Below, piece by piece: positions 52,901 to 61,900 of a stretch of DNA of 64,000 bases. Below the pieces are notes generated by a model. That model was not told the DNA's origin, ran no database searches, and worked only from the letters and a program-made list of their open reading frames with translations. This stretch comes from Christensenella sp. (GTDB lineage Bacteria; Bacillota; Clostridia; Christensenellales; UBA3700). How positions within the stretch are numbered: the stretch's first letter is position 1; each line of letters begins with the position of its first letter. Both the position numbers and the translations under genes were made by a program. The DNA lies in contig JALFUR010000008.1 in assembly GCA_022784465.1 (NCBI GenBank), forward strand, positions 3,349 through 67,348, given 5' to 3'.

Positions 52901-55900
52901 CGTTCTCGTCCAATTCATAAGAATATTCAAGATATGCACCAGAAGCACCGAATATTGGTTTAAAGTTAATATATACTTCAACTGGGCAATATCCTAGTTC
53001 TGCATAATAGCCCAAATATGTTTGATAGTTCAAAGTAATAACATTGTCTAATTGTGTTTGTATTGTATCAATTTTTAAAGTAAATGTTTGCTCTGTTCTA
53101 TTACCAACAGCATCTACATATATTACTTTTTGACTTGATGTAGTACCATCTAACAATAATTGACAATCCCATGTAGTTCCAACCTCAGTTTTTGAAGTAT
53201 GTCCACTACCTGAAGCTAATCCAGATAAATTGTTATCTGTTACTGTATATGTTATTAATACATTTTTCGTTTGCCAATCATCCAAATCAAATGAAGACAA
53301 CTCTAATAGTTCGCTTACTGGGACTGCTTCTTGATATTCGTAATAATGAACATTCTTGATAATAGGAGCCTCGTTATCTATAAAGGCTTGAACTGTAGCT
53401 GTTCCAACTTGCAAATATAAAACATTTGCATTACGAGCGGCTTCTTCTTTTTCTAGTTCGTATGGATTATCTAGATATGCAACGAATGTATATACATATT
53501 TTCCTGTAGTATTAACTGCAACAGATGAAGTGATATTACTTCCCATAGCAATTAGATCACCTTGAGTTGCTGATCCTATAGCATAAGAATAATAATCAAC
53601 TACATTTGCTGTATATGTTCCATCATTTTTATAACCTACCGAAATGGTATCTGATGTCAAATAGTTTGTTGATGTAGAATTACACTCAGCAACAAATAAT
53701 CCTTCAGAATCAGAAAGTATTTCATATTGATATCTATTTGCTTCATCATAATTTGCTAATACTTTTGAACTTTCAGAATAATAACAATAATCAAAATTTG
53801 TACCATTTTCTGTTACTGTCTTTTTAGCTAAATAGGTATAAAGACCTGGCAAATATGTTCTAGATGTATCTGTAACAGGATATTTATAATCTGTTTCGTT
53901 AAAACCGTCCATAATTGTGTATGTAATATCATATGCATACGCATCTTCATAAACAGTTGCTGTTTCAGAATTAGATCTAGTCAAAGCAATTGTAGGAGAA
54001 TTAATAGGATCTCCACTATAATTCTTTGAATAATTAGATACAAAGTTTACCGTATTTCCTGCATTATTGTTGTTTTTATAAGATAAAGAAACAACTTCAC
54101 CAAATGTGTATTTTATTGCACCTTTTCTTGCTGCAGATAACAAGAAAATTTGCGCTCCAACTTCTTCACTTGTCCAAATATTTGTTCCTGAGTACTCTCC
54201 ATAATTATCTTCATTGTACTCGCAGCTCCAAATAAATTTTCCAAGCTTATCCGTTGTGTCAGATAAGAAGAAATTCTTTGATGCTCCAACAACATCATCA
54301 ATTGTTCCTTCACCTATATAATGGCCTCCATCAAAGAAACCATCTGCAACAACTTCAACTCTGATTGGGTCTACTTCTTTTGAATAATCATACTCAAATA
54401 AAACATTACCACCTTGGTTTGTAGCATAAATCTCTGTCCAGTTTCCATAACCAAGCATTCTTCCTGAGTCCAAAGTTGTATAAACCTCAGCGCCAGGAGA
54501 AGTGTTGTTGGCTACGAAAGATAGATAATCATATAGGATAACAGTGTTATCAATTGTTACGCTAGAGCCAATGTAATCAAATAGACATCCAGGTATTACT
54601 TTTATAGCACGTTTATTTACGTCTGTACCTTCTTCCCACCAGTCATTAGTTCTTGAACCATTCCAAGCAGAAATAATACCATCAATTTGTCCAGGTTGGA
54701 TATCAAAAGAAGTATAATTATTCTTATCAGAGATATATAATGTTCCTCCTATTGCTCCACCAGCAAAACCATATGCGCCATGATAACTTCTATTTTTAGG
54801 GCTATGTTCCATTCTCGCATTTACTGAACCATTACCTGTTAGTGAACAATTCTTAACAATTGCTGTTGTTTTTGTAATAGTTCCAACTAATCCTCCACAT
54901 ACAGTCAATGATTTCTTTGTAGGTGTAACGGTGGTGCCATTAGACGAACCTTCTGCGGCTGCCGTAATACCACCATAATTATTAATTGTAACTCTTTCTA
55001 ATCTAGAATTATCTGCCATAACGCCAACATATCCACCAACAATAGCTGAATTGTTTCTCATTCCAGTGTTTGAATTTGATGCAGAGTGACATATAGCAAA
55101 CGCACCTGTATTAGATACTGTTAAATTACAATTAAATATTGTTCCACCGTATAATAATCCACAAACTATACCTGCAACTGATGTTGCTTCATAACCTGCT
55201 GGGCTCTCTAAGGCCAAATTTGATTCTGTTAATGTTGAATCAGCGCTATAATCAGAATTCCAAATTATATTAGCATTTAGTATTGTACCTAAGTTTACTG
55301 CACATAACATACCTGCGTATTGATAGCCGTTATAACTTCCATCTGCGCTCATGTTTCCAGCAGTATTTCTATAACTTCCATTATACGAAAGTACAGAACC
55401 TCCTAAAGGAGCAGTTATTGTAATTGTGTAAGCATTACAATCCAAGATTCCAAAGAATGCAGCTGTGGAACTTGAAATTCCTAAAGTTTGCATATTATAG
55501 TCAATATCGCTTGTTAGTATTCCAACATAATATGCATAATCTGAAGAACTACATAAATCGATAAAGCTCTTTAATTCTGTGGCATTAGTAATGTATGTTT
55601 TTGTATATGTACTACCCATATATTTATAACTTGCGCCAAGAGTTGTCATATGGTATCTTCCATCTGAACCTAGCACATAATATCCATCTCTTTCTTCTTG
55701 AATCTTTGCAGCAACAGTTGAACCTGTTTGAATTTGAGAAATAGATAAATCATATAAATATCCGTCTCCACTATTAAATGAAGAAACATATACAGCGGCA
55801 GCAGAAGCTGAATCCGCTTGTTTTGCATTAAAGGTTATACCTATCGACAAAATAAGTACTAAAACCATTAATGCACATATTAAACTTGTTATAAGAGGTA

Positions 55901-55919
55901 ATCTTCTTGTTGTTCTCAT
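49968..55919 (-). CDS. 1983 aa membrane-anchored surface protein, paralog of 44164-49950
   Basis: N-terminal signal; VGGYVG/CGGLVG/AGGAIGG repeats; YDG...(D/N)xGxY...NY MBG-like repeats; C-terminal TM + KKKKKK; GGAGG SD. Confidence 0.8.
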   Translation of the reverse strand: MRTTRRLPLITSLICALMVLVLILSIGITFNAKQADSASAAAVYVSSFNSGDGYLYDLSISQIQTGSTVAAKIQEERDGYYVLGSDGRYHMTTLGASYKYMGSTYTKTYITNATELKSFIDLCSSSDYAYYVGILTSDIDYNMQTLGISSSTAAFFGILDCNAYTITITAPLGGSVLSYNGSYRNTAGNMSADGSYNGYQYAGMLCAVNLGTILNANIIWNSDYSADSTLTESNLALESPAGYEATSVAGIVCGLLYGGTIFNCNLTVSNTGAFAICHSASNSNTGMRNNSAIVGGYVGVMADNSRLERVTINNYGGITAAAEGSSNGTTVTPTKKSLTVCGGLVGTITKTTAIVKNCSLTGNGSVNARMEHSPKNRSYHGAYGFAGGAIGGTLYISDKNNYTSFDIQPGQIDGIISAWNGSRTNDWWEEGTDVNKRAIKVIPGCLFDYIGSSVTIDNTVILYDYLSFVANNTSPGAEVYTTLDSGRMLGYGNWTEIYATNQGGNVLFEYDYSKEVDPIRVEVVADGFFDGGHYIGEGTIDDVVGASKNFFLSDTTDKLGKFIWSCEYNEDNYGEYSGTNIWTSEEVGAQIFLLSAARKGAIKYTFGEVVSLSYKNNNNAGNTVNFVSNYSKNYSGDPINSPTIALTRSNSETATVYEDAYAYDITYTIMDGFNETDYKYPVTDTSRTYLPGLYTYLAKKTVTENGTNFDYCYYSESSKVLANYDEANRYQYEILSDSEGLFVAECNSTSTNYLTSDTISVGYKNDGTYTANVVDYYSYAIGSATQGDLIAMGSNITSSVAVNTTGKYVYTFVAYLDNPYELEKEEAARNANVLYLQVGTATVQAFIDNEAPIIKNVHYYEYQEAVPVSELLELSSFDLDDWQTKNVLITYTVTDNNLSGLASGSGHTSKTEVGTTWDCQLLLDGTTSSQKVIYVDAVGNRTEQTFTLKIDTIQTQLDNVITLNYQTYLGYYAELGYCPVEVYINFKPIFGASGAYLEYSYELDENGQEIWIRYDAELKANIPNQFVLDFDIDNSFLKMRLVSEQGVYETYYANGDGYVLNGADDVEEAKNWSVKIVIAYIGITLDNLFYNGQALSSLVFRDLFTKTYDAKDTIDLGLTVKVYKEDGLDMDKTSIVYSETYAFEAPKIIETNLTVRAIYDSMAAGDRTLRLYVDSVGDSLNKYRVFFTDGTIYVDYLSLENCDSYYEGATKINKATLNVNLADYSDQLKSEYIYGEIIPTSITIKGVADEDVELNLITNAKQTYNEKGEITAHPSVGKYTVQGEFAIDTGSYILNLTSMELNIVKKDVSVKTQIDGNADYTTKISFNGLPHVLTGYYLDAFGVKQNVVVTYYKDSSCTGTPIDISTTGGVIETGEYFAKLTISDSNYAVYNTGSIISFTITKVFLELDLTEQTKQFANKNVIPYDIVTLGKYADNVYTLEDFDIIYYKVVNDIVDLENPLSSVSDVGRYLVDISFGGNSYFYDKKYGDTYLNITQAETTISADDISIKYDGEKHIYDVLLGNIHVESKEYKSTVIINGIYYDLTGSTVAEIPLMESGVFLLQYWDNETRTYVTIDLEHPGTQINTGSYRFRVVFTGDLNYKSVSKVVTLTITQASFEGIEFNDKKVNFEGEETYYDLFIDDSEGSALKAYLDKGARLVYRYQSEERDYSDAAFEPFKFNKVGTYTIDAVLSLENYATTIYSAKLIIDKTAMSGGIKPVMQQEVIVYDGNFHPAEFTGFDTDPATGKMIVEYVPGYEDQKVIQYVYYKGTKVTVSYDDNALPVDAGEYEGYITFTSDDYADMTIKTSWKISKKAVEVQLDTLQAYFNQITSSTNISALGGTFINVFETKDMCQFEYYDKATGKKIELDKNGCLPAGEYRIVIVFNDGNYETSQVINNTLVVTEGTGAITKPGDTEGTTETPSIMDIIMDNILYIGIGVGVVVVIIIVAIAASASNKKKKKKSKVKSVQQTRQVKKTSSKDRATF

Positions 55920-55932
55920 ATTGTCCCTCCCT

Positions 55933-58900
55933 CTACATTACATAAACTGTAATAGTTTGTTTTTGAACCAAAGTTCCGCTACCATATGCAACTGTTACTG
56001 TTGCTTGCATTTCATTTGAAATTACAAGTTTAGTATAAGTTGTATTTGCATTGTATAGAACTCCGCTTCCTGTTAGTGTTACTTCTGTTTTTCCAGTTGG
56101 ATCATATGTGTAGTAAGTACCAGAAGATGTTGCTGTAACTGTAGCTACACTTCTTGTATAGTAAGTTGTTGAAGAACTATAATTTGATCCTGTCAATTCA
56201 ACTTCTATAAATTGTTCATTATGAGGTACATAATATGTTCCGTTTGCTGGTACTCCTTCACCTGTATATTCTTCAAATGAATAATATATTGCTTCAGCAT
56301 CATAATCAACTCCATTTCCTCTTAGAGTAACAGAATTGTAAGAACCATCAATATAGAATGAACCAGCTGTAGATGCATCAACTTCTTGTGCTACATAGTC
56401 AAACTTTGTTCTATTTCTTGAACCAGCAGCATAACCGTAATTTGTTGAGCCATTACGTAATGTTGTCAAATCAACCAAACATTCTACAAATTCACTTGTT
56501 CCATCTGTGAAGTATACTTTTAGATTTCTTAATGCCTTACCTGTTCTTTGTTCAGCTTCACTTAAATTTGTTCCGCCGTACATTAATTGGAAGAAGAAAC
56601 CTTCATCACCAATATGATCTACTACTTTTGGTAAGAACTCAACATCGACTGTTTGTTCAATTTCAAATGGTGTTCCATATCCGAAATAGAAGTATACAGT
56701 TTCCATTCCACCTTCACTTGTTAAGTTCAATCTTGTAGTATCCCAATATACAGGTAACTCATATGTTGTTACACTATTTTCAATAGTTAACTTACATACT
56801 TTCTCATTATATGTATAAGTATTAGCTACACTGTTATATCCAAATGTTTCATCTGTTCTTAACTTTGTTTTCAATGCAGACAAATCACTTAATGAAACTA
56901 CAGTTTCAGAGTAAGCAGTCTTCTTTGTTAAACCATCTTCATACTCTAATTTTGCAATGTAACTTGTTACATATCCAACATTCAAGTATGGTGTAAATAC
57001 ATCATATGTTAATGAACCATTTTCAGCTATGTTATATGAATATGGATTTATAGCTTCTGCAGTAATTTCAGATGTATCGATAATCATTCTACTTGCAGAT
57101 CTATCTAATACTTCACAAGCAATATTGAAATACAAATCGTTTGTCAAATAACATTTAGCTGTTAATCCTTTTTGTGGTTCCATATTTATTTCAAAATCAT
57201 ATTCCCACTTTACAACTTTCATTGTTCCCATAACGCCGTTTTCGTAAATAACACTTACAGAATCTGGGAATGGTTTTCCGTTTTGGAAATTAACTGTAAC
57301 TGGGTCAATCTTATATGTTCCACCACTATATACAGAACCTTCAAGTAGAACGTCCTTAACAGCAGTTGCATCAACATGAACATTTATCTTGAATTCTTGA
57401 TAGAAAGGTGTAGCGCCCAAATATGAATATGGTTCGATTACGCCAGTCTTATTATATTCAGATATGTCGTATCCGATTGCAATTGTAAATTGGTTATAAT
57501 CTTCTGTGTATACAACATCAAAAGCATCTATTTCATTCCATTTCCATGCTATAGGCATTTCAAGAACTTTTCCGTTTGTAAACTTAATATATGCTGTTGA
57601 AGGATAATAAGAATGCTTATTAGCCAAGTTGTTATAATCGTAAGGATTAATTGTCAATGTAGACTTAGTTAATGCCTCATCGAAGTATACACCAATTATT
57701 TCATTTCTTGACATTGTTATTGTTACAGGTTGAGTCCATGTGAACAAGTCTCCTGATGGATATTGATCTGGGTCAAGAGTAACAGTAACACCTGTTGATG
57801 AATAATCATTATTATTGTTCCAACTATAATCTATAGCATCTGAGATTCCATTCCATTTTACATATACATAATCTGAATAATTATCATAGTTAACTAGAAC
57901 TTGATCAGAATATGGATTTAAATTAGCATACTTATTCATATCTGATTGATACAAATAGAATTCATATGGTTGAACATCCAAAGTATTAATTCTTTCTCCA
58001 AATGAAACTGAAGTAACTTGTTTAGATTTTACATTGAATGTAATAACAATATCTTGCTCTACGTCAGTTCCTTTAGCGATAGTAGCTTTAATCTTATAAG
58101 TTGCTCCTTCAACAGAACCATAATATTCTGGTTTAGTTGAATCCAATCTATAGAATAATTCTTCAGCATTTCCTAAATCCCATAAATCTACTGGCATTGT
58201 TCCAGCATATCCATTTTCATAATAGAAATATAATCTATCTGGAGTATAGTTGCTTAATGCTGTTGTTGTACCATCTTCAGATTTTGTATCAAATTGATAC
58301 AAATCAACTTCAATTACGTTATCTTTAGCACCTGCCATAATAATATCTGATACAGTTGAGTTAAAGTAATGAATTGTCATTCTCTCCTCAGCGCCGTTAG
58401 GGAATAGAACATATACTTCTTCATCCCAGCTTCCGTCTTCTGTAGTATCACACACATAACCATATGTATGGTTAATTGCAGGAAGTCCGGTTAACAAATC
58501 AGTGTCGATAACAAGCTCTCCGTTAATTTCTGATTTTGTATAGAATTGTAAAGTATCTGTAGCAAATCTTCTTGATACATTATCTGCTGTAACAACAGTA
58601 ATATATGGAGGCATTGCTTCATAAACACTCATGCTTAATGGCTTGATTGAAGTAATTTTCTCACCACTTCTTACAACGAATTTAATAGTTAATTCCTTTG
58701 TATTTGCTCCGCCATTAAATGGTGCTGTAGCAACAATTCTATAAGTTCCTGGAGTAGATAAACTCATTGAAGACACATCAGCATCTAATGGAGTTTCTGT
58801 TGATTCGCCTTGTTTTGTGAATCCTTTTACTCTAAATGAGATTGCACTCTTATACAAGTTAGTATTCTCTTGATATGTTGCTTCTTTATTTGTAAAGTAA

Positions 58901-61900
58901 GTATTAATCACATCTTGTAGAGGGTTTAACGAACTTGTAGAATATGGATCATATGTTATTGTAGATGGAATTCCATCCCAAGTTACTGCGCCGTTATGTC
59001 CAACATAATCAGGATTACCAACAGATGGAGATGTATTAAATATATGCAATTCTGTATAATACAAATCTGATCTGTTCTTTTCCGCAGGATTATAAGACAG
59101 CGTACTTTCTCCGTTATAGAACGTATAAGGATTTCCTTCTGGGTCATAAATAGCTGTATTATGGTCATGACAAGTTAGATAAATATTTGTCAATTGTCCA
59201 GATACAAGGTTTAGACCAAGATGAGTTTCATTTGTAACTGCAAATGGTATCAATCTGTTAATAACACTCTTTAATTTTGATTTTAAGTTTGTAATTGCAC
59301 CCATTAATCCAGACAAATCCATTCCGATTAATCCTTTTAAGATATCTCCTAATATATCGTCAACAATAGCATAGATATCATCGAACAATGCACCACCATT
59401 AATTCTATCCCAGAATACTTGAGCTAAATAGTTGCCACTAAATTGGAATGAAGGATTATCCTTAGTCATTTCTTGTAGGTTCAATATTGTTTCTGGTCCA
59501 AAGATGTAATACATCAAACCATCAATCAAATTATTTATTTGATATTCATTAACTGTAATATCTGCATTTAAAATACCTGTTGAAGTTAATGATAATGTTA
59601 TCATGTCGAATAATGATAAGAAATCAAGACTTCCAAACATAGCACTTAATCCGTTTTGAACTGTTAGAATATAGTAACCATAAACTCTTCTTGTTACTGG
59701 TAAGCAAATATAATATGAATATGTTGTTTCTCCTGTTGTTTCATCAGTTACTGCATCTGTTTGATAAATAATTCTTTCTAAAGCAGCAGATGGTTGTGGC
59801 AAATCTGCAAATGTAGCAAAGTTTGTATTAACTGTTAATTGTTGAGTTGTTGCAGTTGAACCACTTTCTACTATTTGATAGTAATTTGAACCATAGAAAT
59901 AATACTTTCCAATATTATCTACATTTGTTTGTCTTGTAAATTCATTAGAAGAGATAATTTCTGTTGCTTTTATTTCTCCAACAGCTACGTTTGTATTTGC
60001 TGCTGATTCATCAATTATATCTTGTGCTTCATCTTCTGGTGTTGTTGGTTCTCCCGTAATTGGATTTGCAAATTTATCAAGCATAGAATCAATGCTAGAT
60101 AACAAACCATCAATTGTTCCAGAAAGCATTGTAACTAAATCTAAGTCAATAGCAAGTTGACCCATTACATCACCAACGTCTACTGAGATACCGCCTAAAA
60201 TTTTCAATGGCAAGAATCCTTTACAAATATTCAAATATAACTTTCCGTCGTTATAATTCAATTCAGCGTATAACCATGTATCAATTGAGCCTGAACCTGT
60301 ATTATTGAATTCGGCTTGGTCAATTGCAGCTACAGTAACCAAGATAGAATCTTTTGCTGCTGTAGAGTTTGTTTTTGCTAAAGCTTTCTTAGCTTTTAAT
60401 TTTTCAATATAAATTCTTGTATATAAAGGCTCGCCTGAAGTAGATGTATATTGATTCAAGTCAATGAATAAACCAATATCCAAGTTCTTTAGAAGAGATC
60501 TAACCATAAATTCTCCACTTACGGCATTCCAGTCTGGAATATTGTCTAGATTCATTTCAAACTTATATGCACCTCTTTCGCCTACGCCTAACGCAACAGT
60601 AATATCTGCAAATACAGCATCTTCAACATTTAAGCTAGCGCCTATTGTTCCTGCAAGTAAATCAATTGCTGCGCTTAAAGATAAATCCATATGCAAATCA
60701 AAACCAAGCAATGTTTGGAAGATTGAATCAAACATTTCTGATGTTAAAGCTAGAGAAATCTTTGTATTGTTTGCAGAAATTGCAGGCAATAACATTCCTA
60801 ATACATCCATTATTGGACTTGTTGCTTCTTGTTGAGATTCACCAGCTGATGCTGTCTCATCAGAAGCAGCTGTCTCGTCAGAAGGTGCGATTTCATCAGC
60901 ATTTGCAATTTCGCTTGCTGGTTCTGTAGGAGTAAGTAAACTATCTACCAAACCATTAACTAATGATGTTAAAGATAAATCACCTAATGAGCCAAGCAAA
61001 TTAGACATAATAACACCTAGTTTAGCAACTATAGTTGAGTTTGCAATTTCGAAATCAAATAAGCCTAATCCGTTTGCATCGATAATGATACTATTTTGAT
61101 ATATATATAGACCAATCCATAGATTTCCTTCATATATCAATTCTAGTTTAATTTGTGTATTCTTGAAATTGTTGAAATCTAAATACCATTGTAATGCCAA
61201 TTGTACTTCTGTATTCCAATCATCAAAGTTAACTTGCATTGGAATAGCAAACGAAGACGCTTGATCAACTACGATATTATCTACAATTCTATTAATATCC
61301 CACAAACTTGATACTGTTGTTGCATCTAAAGTTAAAGTCAAAGATAAGTCTCCGATAACTCTTAATAATGCATCAATAATATTGTCATAGAATAATTCGG
61401 TTGACGCTGCCAATGTATTAAACTTAACTTCATGTTCTGCAATTAGTTTTGAAACATCTCCAATTTGAACTGGAGCCTTATCTGTACCCATTTGCAACAT
61501 GATTGATAAGTCTTCATCGAAATAGTTACCTGTTTCTTTTGTCCACTTTGGCAATAATGCGCCGTTTATTCCAAGAGTAATTCCTTCTGTTCTGTTTAAT
61601 ACTAGTTCTACAGAAAGTTTCATTACTTCATTCAAATCAATACCTAAATCAATTCCAAATGAGCCAAGTAAGCTTTGTATAGCAGCAACTGTAACGGCTA
61701 CTGATACAATATTTGAATCGATATTTATCAATAATGCTTGAGCTTTATCAAAAGAAGCAAAAGGATCTTCACCTTCGCCTGCGCTTGCAGGAGTTGACTC
61801 AGCTGGTGGATTTATACCCAATAAAGCAGCCAAATCAAATGTCAAATCCATGATTTCTTTGTCGCCCAATAAACTATATATTAATGTTGTATAATCTAAT

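Noticed and set aside
55933-56420. Tyr-rich C-terminal repeats as a possible diversity-generating retroelement target
   Set aside because: No reverse transcriptase and no near-identical template repeat differing only at adenines in the window
1578-60929. Many 60-140 aa ORFs in the track that are antisense or out of frame within long genes (e.g. 1778-2059, 4098-4520, 6189-6596, 50007-50324, 60464-60835)
   Set aside because: They lie almost entirely inside well-supported genes and have no recognisable motifs; they are shadow ORFs
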